DNA of 64,000 nucleotides, from NCBI GenBank assembly GCA_037443035.1, contig JBBIPC010000004.1, positions 25,502 through 89,501 on the forward strand, written 5' to 3'. Every line of letters begins with the position of its first letter. Position 1 is the first letter of the stretch. Positions 51,525 through 61,300 of the stretch are shown here, piece by piece. Both the position numbers and the translations under genes were made by a program. The notes beneath the pieces are model-generated. The model had not been told where the DNA came from. It worked only from the letters and a program-made list of their open reading frames with translations, and did no database searches. Source of the stretch: Chthonomonadales bacterium (lineage in GTDB: Bacteria > Armatimonadota > Chthonomonadetes > Chthonomonadales > CAJBBX01).

Positions 51525-52685
51525 TCAGGCTAGGCTCTTGGCAAGGTCAGTCGCTTCCCACGGAAACTCGGCGTGACCGAAGTGTCCGTTCTTGGCCGTC
51601 TGGTAGTACTTGACCCTCGTCGGTTCCAGCAGGCCCAGCCGCTCGATCATGCTACGCGGCCGCAGGTCAATGATCTTCTCATCGAGCAGCAGTTCCGTGA
51701 TCTGCTCATCTGGCACTGTCCCTGTACCGAAGGTCTCGACGAAAACGCCTACCGGCCGAGCGCGTCCGATGGCATACGCAATCTGAATCTCGCACTTCCT
51801 CGCCAGTCCAGCCTTCACGACGTTCTTAGCAACGTATCGCGCCGTGTAGGAGGCTGACCGATCCACTTTCGAAGGATCCTTGCCGGAAAATGCCCCTCCA
51901 CCATGGCGAGCGTAGCCGCCGTACGTATCCACGATGATCTTCCGACCTGTCACACCAGTATCGGCCTGGGGACCACCGATCACGAACCGTCCCGTCTGGT
52001 TCACGAGTACTCTGCAGTCGTCTGTAGCTACCTGCGGAAACTCGGCGAGTACTGGTCTGACGATCTCCGCCTCGACTGTTTGGCGGATCTCATCCTCCGT
52101 CAGTGCATCCGTATGCTGCGCGGCCATGACCACTGTCTCGATCGCGACAGGACGCCCATCTTCGTAGCGCACTGTGACCTGCGACTTGCCATCCGGGCGC
52201 AGACCGAATTCTGGCTTCTCTCGACGCACCTTACTGTAGCGACCCGTAAGGCGGTGCGCCACAGTGATGGGCAGAGGCATGAGTTCTTCGGTCTCGTCGC
52301 AAGCAAAGCCAAACATCATGCCCTGGTCGCCGGCGCCCTGCTCCTCTGCGCTGGCACCGTTCACCCCCACAGCAATGTCCGGCGACTGCTCCTGAATCGC
52401 GAGCAGGACGCCAGTCGTATGGCCGTCGAACCCAAGGTCTGTATCGTCGTAACCAACGTCCACGATGGTGTCACGTACGATCTTGGCAATCTCGACATAC
52501 CCCTTGGTCGTCACCTCCCCTGCAACGATGGCAAGACCACGGGTGAGCAGGGTCTCGAGGGCAACTCGCGCGTAGCGGTCTTCTACCAATAGCGCGTCCA
52601 GCACGGCGTCGCTAATCTGGTCCGCCAGCTTGTCCGGGTGTCCCTCTGTCACGCTTTCCGATGTGAACGAGTATCTTCGTGCCAT
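51525..52685 (-). CDS. metK: S-adenosylmethionine synthetase
   Basis: [61 protein letters not shown] before ATG 52685. Confidence 0.98.
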   Translation of the reverse strand: MARRYSFTSESVTEGHPDKLADQISDAVLDALLVEDRYARVALETLLTRGLAIVAGEVTTKGYVEIAKIVRDTIVDVGYDDTDLGFDGHTTGVLLAIQEQSPDIAVGVNGASAEEQGAGDQGMMFGFACDETEELMPLPITVAHRLTGRYSKVRREKPEFGLRPDGKSQVTVRYEDGRPVAIETVVMAAQHTDALTEDEIRQTVEAEIVRPVLAEFPQVATDDCRVLVNQTGRFVIGGPQADTGVTGRKIIVDTYGGYARHGGGAFSGKDPSKVDRSASYTARYVAKNVVKAGLARKCEIQIAYAIGRARPVGVFVETFGTGTVPDEQITELLLDEKIIDLRPRSMIERLGLLEPTRVKYYQTAKNGHFGHAEFPWEATDLAKSLA

Positions 52686-52755
52686 GATGATGTGGTCCTC
52701 CTGACCACCGCCGGTTCTATGGGATGTGCGCCCCCGCCCTATCCGACACGGCGCC

Positions 52756-52790
52756 AAGAATAAACCCCTTCCAACACCGGAAGGGGCTTC
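52756..52790 (-). terminator. Intrinsic terminator forming the SAM riboswitch expression platform
   Basis: Minus strand GAAGCCCCTTCC-GGTGTT-GGAAGGGGTTTATTCTT; its 5' arm CCCCTT can pair instead with AAGGGG at the aptamer 3' end. Confidence 0.8.
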
Positions 52791-52816
52791 CAACGTACAC
52801 TTGGTTCGCCTTTGCC

Positions 52817-52922
52817 CCTTATCTTGCAGCTTCCGCTGCCCGGACTTAGCACCTGCCCCGCCGGCGAACGGGGTGGTTGTTGTGGCTTCATAGGGCCGGT
52901 CCCTCCACCACTCTTGATAAGG
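52817..52922 (-). ncRNA. SAM-I (S-box) riboswitch
   Basis: Minus strand CCTTATCAAGAG-TGGTGGAGGGACCGGCCCTATGAAGCCA..CAACC...GGTGCTAAGTCC...AGATAAGG, upstream of metK. Confidence 0.95.
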
Positions 52923-52937
52923 CTGGAGACAGAGGGG

Positions 52938-52966
52938 ATAATACCTTCCCGTCAGCCGTGTGTCAA
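52938..52966 (-). promoter_or_regulatory. Sigma70-type promoter of riboswitch-metK
   Basis: TTGACA (52966-52961), N17, TATTAT (52943-52938). Confidence 0.75.
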
Positions 52967-53073
52967 GGAACGAATCGAGCACGGACCGATACGCACGCTT
53001 CCCGCCAGGTTCGCGGCAGGAGCTCGCTCGGGTCGTGAAGAAATGATTCCAAACCTACGCAGGAGGTTTGTCC

Positions 53074-54087
53074 ATGAAGAGCATCGGTGTCGGGATTGTA
53101 GGCGCTGGATGGGTATCCACGGAGCATATCAAGGCCTACGAGAAGAACCCCGAGACGCGAGTTGTCGGCATTTACAGCCGAACGGCCGAGCACGCTGCGG
53201 CTCGGCTGGCTGAAACCGGGCTTACCGAGGCGCGCGTCTACGCCACTCTCGATGAGATGCTGGCCGATCCGGAGGTGCACGCCATCTCGATCTGCTCGCC
53301 ACCGAACTGCCACCCGGATCAGGTCATCGCCGGCGCCCGTGCTGGCAAGCACATGCTGATCGAGAAGGCCGTGGCCAACGACCCCGAGAGCCTGGATCGA
53401 ATGCTGCGCGAGGTCGAGCGTGCCGGAGTGAAAACCGTCGTCAGTTTCGTTCTCCACTGGAACCCCGAGTTCATGCTCATCAAGCGCATGGTGCGGGAAG
53501 GTGTCATCGGCGACATCTTCTACGCCGAAGTGGACTACTGGCACAACATCGGCCCCCATTACAAGCAGTACACGTGGAACATCAAGCGAGAGGTGGCGGG
53601 AAGCGCTCTACTCTCGGCGGGCATCCATGCAGTGGACGCCATCCGGTATTTCGTCCAGGACGAAGTCGTCGAGGTCTGCGCCTATAGCAACAAACGTAAC
53701 GCCGAGTACGAGTACGACACAAATATCGTGGGCATCCTTCGGTTCGCAGGGGGTGCCATTGGCAAGGTCTCGACAAGCTTCGATGTCCGATCGCCCTATG
53801 AGTTCAACATTGACCTGCTAGGCACTCGGGGAACCATCCGCGACAATCGCATCTACGCACGTGACTTCTTCACTGGCCAGAATGGCTGGGTGGAGGTGCC
53901 GACGATCCGGCCGGACAGCGGAGACGTCACCCATCATCCGTTCGAAGGTGAGATCGATCACTTCGTCGAGTGCATTATCACGGGCACCGAGTCCCATGTG
54001 AACCTGGCCGATGCAGCCAAGACGCACCGCGTGTGCTACGCGTTGGACCTGTCCGCGGCGGAGGGTAGGTCGGTAGCACTAGAGTGA
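53074..54087 (+). CDS. Gfo/Idh/MocA family oxidoreductase
   Basis: VGIVGAGWVS, ICSPPNCH, GKHMLIEK, GIHAVD; AGGAGG RBS. Confidence 0.9.
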   Translation: MKSIGVGIVGAGWVSTEHIKAYEKNPETRVVGIYSRTAEHAAARLAETGLTEARVYATLDEMLADPEVHAISICSPPNCHPDQVIAGARAGKHMLIEKAVANDPESLDRMLREVERAGVKTVVSFVLHWNPEFMLIKRMVREGVIGDIFYAEVDYWHNIGPHYKQYTWNIKREVAGSALLSAGIHAVDAIRYFVQDEVVEVCAYSNKRNAEYEYDTNIVGILRFAGGAIGKVSTSFDVRSPYEFNIDLLGTRGTIRDNRIYARDFFTGQNGWVEVPTIRPDSGDVTHHPFEGEIDHFVECIITGTESHVNLADAAKTHRVCYALDLSAAEGRSVALE

Positions 54088-54206
54088 CTCGTCATCAGCG
54101 CAGGTGTCGCAAGCCCATCGCCGCGTTACTGCAACCGAGCGGCGCGTGACCGGTCGTATGCGGCAGGTACGCGGATACTTCCGTGGATTCGTTTCGCGCG
54201 ATCTCG

Positions 54207-54215
54207 TGGTATAAT
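54207..54215 (+). promoter_or_regulatory. Extended -10 promoter of tRNA-Gly
   Basis: TG-G-TATAAT, 33 nt upstream of the tRNA. Confidence 0.6.
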
Positions 54216-54248
54216 CGCAGTTGCGCAGGGGGATGAGCCCCGACGCAC

Positions 54249-54319
54249 GCGGGAGTAGCTCAGTGGCAGAGCTCCTGCCTTCCAAGCAGGTGGCGCGGGT
54301 TCGATTCCCGTCTCCCGCT
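54249..54319 (+). tRNA. tRNA-Gly (TCC)
   Basis: Acceptor GCGGGAG/CTCCCGC, anticodon arm CCTGC-CTTCCAA-GCAGG, T loop TTCGATT; CCA not encoded. Confidence 0.97.
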
Positions 54320-54335
54320 TGACTAGCACATGCAC

Positions 54336-54375
54336 GGCCCGGACGGATGACCGAGGCGGTCAGTCTGTCCGGGCC
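54336..54375. terminator. Long hairpin between tRNA-Gly and the convergent gene
   Basis: GGCCCGGACGGA-TGACC-gaggc-GGTCA-g-TCTGTCCGGGCC. Confidence 0.6.
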
Positions 54376-54393
54376 AACTCTTGGCAATATGCC

Positions 54394-55263
54394 TTAGCGC
54401 CTTACCGGTGGCTGCCCACTTGGTGCGCCCGGGTTACCTCCTCCGCCTGGTCTCACCATGCCAGGGGGACCGCCGAAGCCCGGCATTCCGAACATTCCTG
54501 CGTTGACGGCGATGGCTGTGGCGTTGAACGTTCCGTCATCGCCTTGGCTCCCGGCTACCATCACCCTATCGTCTTCCTTGATGGATGCCAACGTAGTAGG
54601 AATGAATTTCGTCAGTCTCGCGTCGGAGGCGACTCGGACCGTAACCCTCACGTTCTCATTGACTGCAATGGTCAGAGGGTTGAGCGCCTTCACCGTACCC
54701 GTTGCCATGGCCATTGCTTGCGGCATCTGCGGCATGGCTGGCCGACCCGGGGTGGCAGACCGCTGGCTGCCGCCGGGTCTCGGTCCCATCCTAAGCCCTT
54801 CCGGCATCTCCCCGATCGTCACTCCTGAGGCTGCGATGCCCGTTGGCATGCCCTGAATCTGGAGCCGGTCACCGACCTTGATGTCCGCCACCTTCGCCGT
54901 CGCCTGCGTCACCAGTTTGGTCGCCGACGTCACCTTGACGGTCTGCTCTCCCCCGAACGGCGCCTCGACATACAGCACATTTGCCTTGGCGTCTACTTCC
55001 ACCACCGTACCCATTACAAAGGGCATGCGTCCCGGAAAGCCTCCAGGTCCCATTCCCGGTCCTTGACCCGGAAACCCTCCGGGCGGGCCTTGTCCAGGCT
55101 GGAATCCCTGAAACGAAGGCGGGCCTTGGTCTTGCGGAGCTTGTGCCTGGGCCACTCCTTCTCGTCCATGCTGCGTACCAGGTACGAGCAGTGTTGCCAT
55201 GAATATGGCGCTGGCGACGACCACCACCGAGACGGCCCACCCGGGCCTCTTGTAGTTCTCCAT
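54394..55263 (-). CDS. Exported Gly/Pro-rich protein with repeated small beta domains (DUF5666-like)
   Basis: Signal/TM segment, PGQGP low-complexity repeats, duplicated VADIKVGDRLQIQG / LASIKEDDRVMVAG; AAGGAG RBS. Confidence 0.7.
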   Translation of the reverse strand: MENYKRPGWAVSVVVVASAIFMATLLVPGTQHGREGVAQAQAPQDQGPPSFQGFQPGQGPPGGFPGQGPGMGPGGFPGRMPFVMGTVVEVDAKANVLYVEAPFGGEQTVKVTSATKLVTQATAKVADIKVGDRLQIQGMPTGIAASGVTIGEMPEGLRMGPRPGGSQRSATPGRPAMPQMPQAMAMATGTVKALNPLTIAVNENVRVTVRVASDARLTKFIPTTLASIKEDDRVMVAGSQGDDGTFNATAIAVNAGMFGMPGFGGPPGMVRPGGGGNPGAPSGQPPVRR

Positions 55264-55377
55264 GCTGCAGCATCTCCTTTCTCCGGAAACTGGAGCCTTG
55301 CCTTGCGTTGTCTTGGTCGGCCCCCTACCGCTGCCTGCGTAGGCTCGTCGTGCCTTTCAAGTGGAGACGGTGGTAAG

Positions 55378-55406
55378 ATGAAGATATCATGAAGACGGCA
55401 TGGACC
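55378..55406. repeat. 11-bp-period tandem direct repeat (candidate OmpR-family binding site)
   Basis: ATGAAGA (55378-55384), N4, ATGAAGA (55389-55395), N4, degenerate ATGGACC (55400-55406). Confidence 0.55.
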
Positions 55407-55454
55407 TTGCTCGACTGATTCGCCTTATGCAGGGATGCCGCAGGCGGTGAACTC

Positions 55455-56153
55455 GTGCGAGCGCTGATTGCTCACCCCCACCCGGCTGTCGCGGACCGCC
55501 TCCGCCATCTGCTGGCGCAGGCGCACTGCATCAGCGAAACCGTCGGCGACGGCCTGCGGGTGATCCGATACGCACAACGCACGCGTTATGCCGTCATCGT
55601 CATGCATATGCACTTGCCGCATCTCGATGGAGTGAGCGCTTGCCGAGAACTGCGGCTGCGCGGCTGCCAGACGCCCATACTCCTGGTCGCCGATGGCTGT
55701 ACCGTCGAGGATGGTGTGAAAGGGCTGGACGCTGGTGCAGACGACTGTCTCTCCATGCCCTTCGAGCCGTCCGAGTTTGTCGCTAGAGTGCGCGCTCTCA
55801 TCCGCAGAGACTGGACGCACCGAAGCTCGGTGGTCCATGTCGGACCAATTGAACTGGACACCGTGACACGCCAAGCGTCCGTCGCTGGCACATCTCTTCA
55901 CCTGACCCCACGCGAATACGCCCTCCTAGAAGCGCTGGCAACACGCGAAGGCCGCCCTCTGACTCGCCAGTACATTCTGGAATCGGTATGGAACGATGAC
56001 CGCAGTTACTCCAATACCGTGGACGTGTTCGTGGCTCAGCTCCGGCGCAAGCTCCGGCCTTACGGTGCGGACAGCCTCATCCGCACTGTTCGCGGTGTCG
56101 GGTACATGCTGAGCGCTGACGACTTTCTGGCTGGCGAAGGCGTGGACGGCTAG
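55455..56153 (+). CDS. OmpR/PhoB-family regulator with atypical (pseudo-)receiver domain
   Basis: Intact winged helix (LTPREYALL, NTVDVFVAQLRRKL, IRTVRGVGY) and GLDAGADD; the acidic pair, phospho-Asp, Thr and Lys are all substituted. Confidence 0.88.
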   Translation: MRALIAHPHPAVADRLRHLLAQAHCISETVGDGLRVIRYAQRTRYAVIVMHMHLPHLDGVSACRELRLRGCQTPILLVADGCTVEDGVKGLDAGADDCLSMPFEPSEFVARVRALIRRDWTHRSSVVHVGPIELDTVTRQASVAGTSLHLTPREYALLEALATREGRPLTRQYILESVWNDDRSYSNTVDVFVAQLRRKLRPYGADSLIRTVRGVGYMLSADDFLAGEGVDG

Positions 56154-58036
56154 TCTGCCACAGCAGCCGGCTGTGGCTTTTCGACAGAACGGCGCTGCCC
56201 GAGGAGGCCGAACCACCGTACGAGCGCATCCAGCGTGATCAGAACCGTCAGGACAAGCATCACCGACGCCAAGATCACCAGGAGGCGCTGGTAGAACAAC
56301 TGCTCGGGAGCCGAAGCACGCAGCACAGGTATCTTCGCTGCCCACTCCTGCACCCGTACGACACCAGCGGCTAGCGTCGTAACGAACAGGAACGCCAGGG
56401 GCAATGCCGTGCACAGCGCGTATGCTCGCTTGCTCGCATGACGGAGGAGGAACGTGGTTCCGACCGTCAGGGCGATGATGGCAAGGAGCTGATTGGCGAT
56501 TCCCAGCATCGTCCACAGGGTGTTCAGGTTGCCGCTGTAGAGCAGGTAGCCCCAGGAAAAGCATGTCACGAAGCTCATGAACACGTTCATGCCCCAGTTC
56601 GGCTTGCCGGACGGCATCCCAGAAGACCGAAACTGGGTGAACACCTCCTGAAAGACGAACCTAGCCACCCTCGTACCTGTCTCCAGCAGCGTCAGGATGA
56701 AGAGGGCCTCGAACATGATGACGAAGTGATACCAGTAGCTCATGAGATGCCGCAGGCCACCAACGCTGGAAAACACCTTGGCCATGCCCACGGCCAGCGT
56801 CACTGCGCCGCCGGTTCTGCCCACCAGGTTCTCACGCGTGCCAGCCTCCAGATTCTCCAGTTCGATCGTGCGAAGATCCCAGCCACCACGTGTATGGGTC
56901 TGGACCATTGTCGTATAGGCTGCCTTCTGCGCGGCCGTGTCCTGCGGAACATTGATGGCGAGGTAGTCGCCGGGGTGGAGCGCACACGCAGCAATCAGCG
57001 CCAGGACCGCCACGAACCCCTCCGTGAGCATGGCTCCGAAGCCGATGACCCGGATGTCCGACTCCCTATAGATCATCTTGGGCGTCGTGCCCGACGCGAC
57101 GAGAGCATGGAATCCCGAGATGGCGCCGCACATAATGACGATGCACAGGAACGGCCAGACTGCGCCGCTAATGACAGGCCCGCCACCTTTCACGAACGGC
57201 GTCACCGCCGGCATCTTGAGCGTCGGATGAGCAAGGACCAGGCCCACCGCCAACACGACCATGACCCCGACCTTCATGTAGGAGCTCAGGTAGTCCCGTG
57301 GGCACATGAGCACCCAGACCGGCAAGATGGACGCAACCAACGCGTACGTGGGCAGCATCAGGGACAGTGTCGGCTTGTCGAACAAGAGCGTGTGGCCCAG
57401 CCCGGACTCCGCGAAAGGCTTGCCGAGCACCACGCCCAGCAACACGATGGTCACACCGACTGCACTGGCCTCGCCCACACGCCCTGGACGGATCCTGTAC
57501 ATCCACATCCCCGTGATGAGCGCCGCCACGATCGTGACAAGGATCGTGAACATCCCCCACGCGCTCTCGCTCAGCGCGTTGACCACCACGATCGCCACGC
57601 TGGCCAGCGTGCACACAACGATGAAGAGCGTCGCGACCGAAGCGATGACTCCGGAGAATCGGCCGATATTCGCTTTCGCCAGTTGCGGCAGCGACATTCC
57701 GTCGTGACGTACCGACGCCAGGAGAACTACAAAATCATGGACAGCCCCGGCCAGACACGCTCCAACCACGATCCAAGTGAACCCTGGCAGATACCCCCAC
57801 TGGGCGGCCAGCACCGGACCGACGAGAGGTCCTGGACCAGCGATAGCCGCGAAGTGATGGCCGAAAAGAACGAGGCGGTGGGTCGGATGATAGTCCACAC
57901 CGTCCCGCAGGCGATGCGCTGGCGTCAGTCGACTGTCATCGAGCACTGCCACCCTAGCCGCTAGGAACGCACCGTAGAACCGGTACGCAACCGCGAACGC
58001 ACATAGCGAGACGACGACGAGCCAGATGGAGTTCAT
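56150..58036 (-). CDS. cstA: Carbon starvation protein A family transporter
   Basis: TPAHRLRDGVDY, FGHHFAAIAGPGPLVGP, PRDYLS, CGAISGFH.LVASGTTPK, GRTGGA.TLAVG, FEALFILT. Confidence 0.95.
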   Translation of the reverse strand: MNSIWLVVVSLCAFAVAYRFYGAFLAARVAVLDDSRLTPAHRLRDGVDYHPTHRLVLFGHHFAAIAGPGPLVGPVLAAQWGYLPGFTWIVVGACLAGAVHDFVVLLASVRHDGMSLPQLAKANIGRFSGVIASVATLFIVVCTLASVAIVVVNALSESAWGMFTILVTIVAALITGMWMYRIRPGRVGEASAVGVTIVLLGVVLGKPFAESGLGHTLLFDKPTLSLMLPTYALVASILPVWVLMCPRDYLSSYMKVGVMVVLAVGLVLAHPTLKMPAVTPFVKGGGPVISGAVWPFLCIVIMCGAISGFHALVASGTTPKMIYRESDIRVIGFGAMLTEGFVAVLALIAACALHPGDYLAINVPQDTAAQKAAYTTMVQTHTRGGWDLRTIELENLEAGTRENLVGRTGGAVTLAVGMAKVFSSVGGLRHLMSYWYHFVIMFEALFILTLLETGTRVARFVFQEVFTQFRSSGMPSGKPNWGMNVFMSFVTCFSWGYLLYSGNLNTLWTMLGIANQLLAIIALTVGTTFLLRHASKRAYALCTALPLAFLFVTTLAAGVVRVQEWAAKIPVLRASAPEQLFYQRLLVILASVMLVLTVLITLDALVRWFGLLGQRRSVEKPQPAAVAD

Positions 58037-58084
58037 AGGATCGACCCCACATCCAGAAAGCCCTCGCAGAACCGAGGTGCGTAC

Positions 58085-58114
58085 ATGCTACGTCCTCGGA
58101 GCCTGCACTGTCAA
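58085..58114 (-). promoter_or_regulatory. Sigma70-type promoter of cstA
   Basis: Minus strand TTGACA (58114-58109), N18, TAGCAT (58090-58085). Confidence 0.55.
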
Positions 58115-58209
58115 GGGTCTTGGTAGCGTTCCACCATGCTCGCCACTCCCCGCGTACTCGTGTATAGCTCGTCGCCGTCTACTTGCGGGTATTATGGAGT
58201 TGGATTGGT

Positions 58210-58282
<73 letters not shown>

Positions 58283-58330
58283 GGGGTTATGTAATCCTTC
58301 GCCGGACGTGCACGAGATGCCAGGCCGCGA

Positions 58331-61300
58331 TCATCCTATGTTTCGGATCTGGCGGAGCGTGTCTCGAGCCTTCCAGCGCGGATCCCTGACTGCAGCTTCC
58401 AGCTCCGGCGCCAGACCCGTGGATTGGCGCTTGCTCGCGGGCGAATCTGCCGCGTGGCGTTTCGCATCCTCCCGTTCCTCCTCGGTCCAGTCCACATAGT
58501 CACCGAGATACTCGCGAGCGCGCCTGCACCAGTCCGACCGCTCCCCTTGCGCGTCGCTCAGGCGCCGCCACAGAACATTCAGGTCTCCCGACCCATACAT
58601 GCGTAGATGACGGGCCAGTGCCCTTCGCAGCCGTGCAAATGCCGCATCCACCTGTTGCTGCAACCCGGCTCGAAACCTCTCCGTCGCCTGGCGCACGGCC
58701 TCCTCTGCACGCCTCCTGGCGTGTTTCCTCGCCTCGACCTCGGTGCGCATGATCTGTTCCGGCGCCACGACACTTCCGTCCCACTTGGCCATTAGCTCGC
58801 GCAGCTTCCCCAGCGTCGTTACACGCACGGGAACCGGTCCAGCCCACCATGCCTCACGGCAGCAATACGAACCTTCACGGCATTCGGCGGTGACCAGCGG
58901 TAGCGCGGGTAGTGTGCCAGAGAGCTTCCCGGCAATGCGTGCCGGCAGTGCCTCCCAAAGTGTAAGGGGGATCGCATTAGAGTGCCGCTCCAGGACGTCG
59001 GCATCCAAGGCGACGTCCACCGCCTTACCGCCCAGTCCGCGGATCCTCCACACACCCTTACTCGGCGTCTTGACCTTGAGCGCACATTCCAGGCTGGCGA
59101 GTTCGTCAAGGCCCGCTCTGACGTCTTCCCGTGTAGCTCCCGGCTCCGGACCGGTAGGGACCGAATCGAGGACCGAGGATGCAGAGAATGCCGCCCTTAT
59201 TTCCGCGCGCTTCTCCACCTCGTCCGCCATTCGTTCGATCCGGTCCTCGGCATCCCGTCCGTTTGCGGCAGCCCGGCGCAGTACCTCTCTTGCCAGGGCG
59301 AGAACTGGCTGCATGTCGCCGATGAACTGCTCGAAGAGCCGGCAACGGCGCCGCAACGCGCGATACACCGACATGTCCACGCTGTTCTCGAGAAAGAGAT
59401 TCACGACGGGCAGGGTCCGATGGCGCTGGCCAATGCGGTCGATGCGTCCAATCCGCTGCTCGACACGGCTGGGGTTCCATGGCAGGTCGTAGTTGATCAG
59501 AGCACCTGCCGCCTGCAGGTTCAATCCTTCGCTGGCCGCGTCCGTGCAGATCAACACGCGAATGTCGCCCCGTTCCAATAACTCCGTGATCTCCCCCTTG
59601 GTAGCCCGAACCCACCGCCCATCCTCGTACCGCTCGCCCCCACGCCCACTGTAGCAAGCCACCTTCTTGTCCCATAGCGGGGTCAGCTTGTCCCGCAGGT
59701 ACTCCATGGTGTCCGTGTACTCGGTGAACACCAGCACCGAGCGGCCGTCCGATTCGACCATGTCCAGGACCTTCATGAAGCGGCTGAGCTTACTGTCCAT
59801 TCCACCAAGCTCATCCAGTTTCGCGAGCAGTTTCTCGATCTCGCTGTACTCCCGCCGTGCCTCGACTTCATTCGGCGGCAACGCCGAGTCCACCCGCTCC
59901 TCCAGGTCCGCGTCCGCCAAGTCCATCAAGAGCGCTTCTTCTATCTCCACTACACTGCTCTCGTCAAAGCCCCTGCGTTCCATCACTGCCCGCACAGCCT
60001 CCATACGCCTCTCCAGGCTCCTGCGTAATGCCCGGGGAGAGCTGGCCGCACGACGGCGGTAGATGGTCATGACGAATCCTTTGCCGCCTCGCTCCCGCTC
60101 CAATTGCTCGTAGCGCCGGTCGATGTATCGGGTTATCTGATCGTATGCCTGCCGTTCTTCTGCTGTTTCGAAGTTGTACACTTCGTCGCGTACATCGCGA
60201 ACCGGAGGCTCGTGCTCGAGCCATCCCTTTCGGAAGTATTCCCGGAGCTTCTCACGAGTGCTCCGGTGCATCCGCTTCGCCAGCGGCGATTGTCGCCGCA
60301 GTTTCTCGGCGTCCCTCCGCGTCAGCAGTTCTACCGGGTGTTGATCTTCGCCGTCCTGCGTCAGCAGGCTCCTCACGACCCGAAGCTGCTCGAGGCTCGG
60401 CGACCGACCCGACTCCAGGCTCGCCAAGACCCCGTAATAGGTTCGCACGCGATCGAACGACGACAGCCACTTGCCCCCGACGCCCAGGATCGCCAGCAGA
60501 TCCCACGGCTCCCAGGGTTCGATCTGCATGGGCGTCGCGCTTAGCAACAAGAACCCGCGCGCGTGCCCTCTGAGCTGGAGCTCCCGGAGCAGTTCCAGTA
60601 GCAAGTTGCCCTGGTTGAACGCGTTCTCGTCCATCTCCTTCCGACGTGCGGCATGTGCCTCGTCCATGAGTACCAGGTCCCACGAAGGTGCGTCGCACAG
60701 CAGCGCCCGATTCTGCTCCAGCCGGGCCCACTCTCGGCTCACGATCAATGGCCCATCCCTCGTAAGCGCCGTCCTCGGGTCCATCGGCTCCTTGCGGCCG
60801 TCAGGATGGCTCAAGGACTCCTTGTCGTAGATCGGAACCAACAGGCCACCCTTCTCCCGCAGCTCTTCCTGCCACTGACGCATCAGACCCGCTGGCAATA
60901 GTAGCAGAGCTCGCCGAACCCCCCGTCCGGCCATTAGGCGCCGCAGAATCAGAATCGCTTCGATGGTCTTTCCAAGGCCGACTTCGTCGCACAGCAGCCT
61001 GCCTTCGGGAAATGCACCAGCCGTCTCCTCCACCACCCGCGTCTGGTGGGGCCACGGATTCGTGGGGGCTGTGGCATCGCACGTCGCACCGCCATTCTCC
61101 AGATACGGCGCCGCAGCCAAGAACTGCCACACCATGGCGGCCCGTGCCAGCTCCATGGACGCCACAGGTTCGGCCACAGGCGCATCACGAGGAGCCATCT
61201 TGATCAGCTTCAAGCGCACCGCATCAGGCAGAGGCAACGTCAGCACCTCCGGATGTTCCTTGGCCCACAGCCTCTCGAACTCCGTGCAGAACCTCTCGGC

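Noticed and set aside
52686..52982. N-terminal extension of MetK in the ORF track; similar extensions for mutS, metH, ispH, pyrH, nadA, amtB and pstA
   Set aside because: They run through promoters, a riboswitch or upstream genes; downstream starts match the family N-termini and mostly have an RBS
55030..55135. Short imperfect repeats
   Set aside because: They encode the PGQGP low-complexity region of a protein; not CRISPR or a non-coding array
56438..57964. 508-aa plus-strand ORF and other long antisense ORFs (e.g. 26808-27863, 35830-36888, 29566-30534)
   Set aside because: They lie opposite well-supported genes (cstA, metH, frr/uppS, mutL) and have no motifs; these are shadow frames of GC-rich coding DNA
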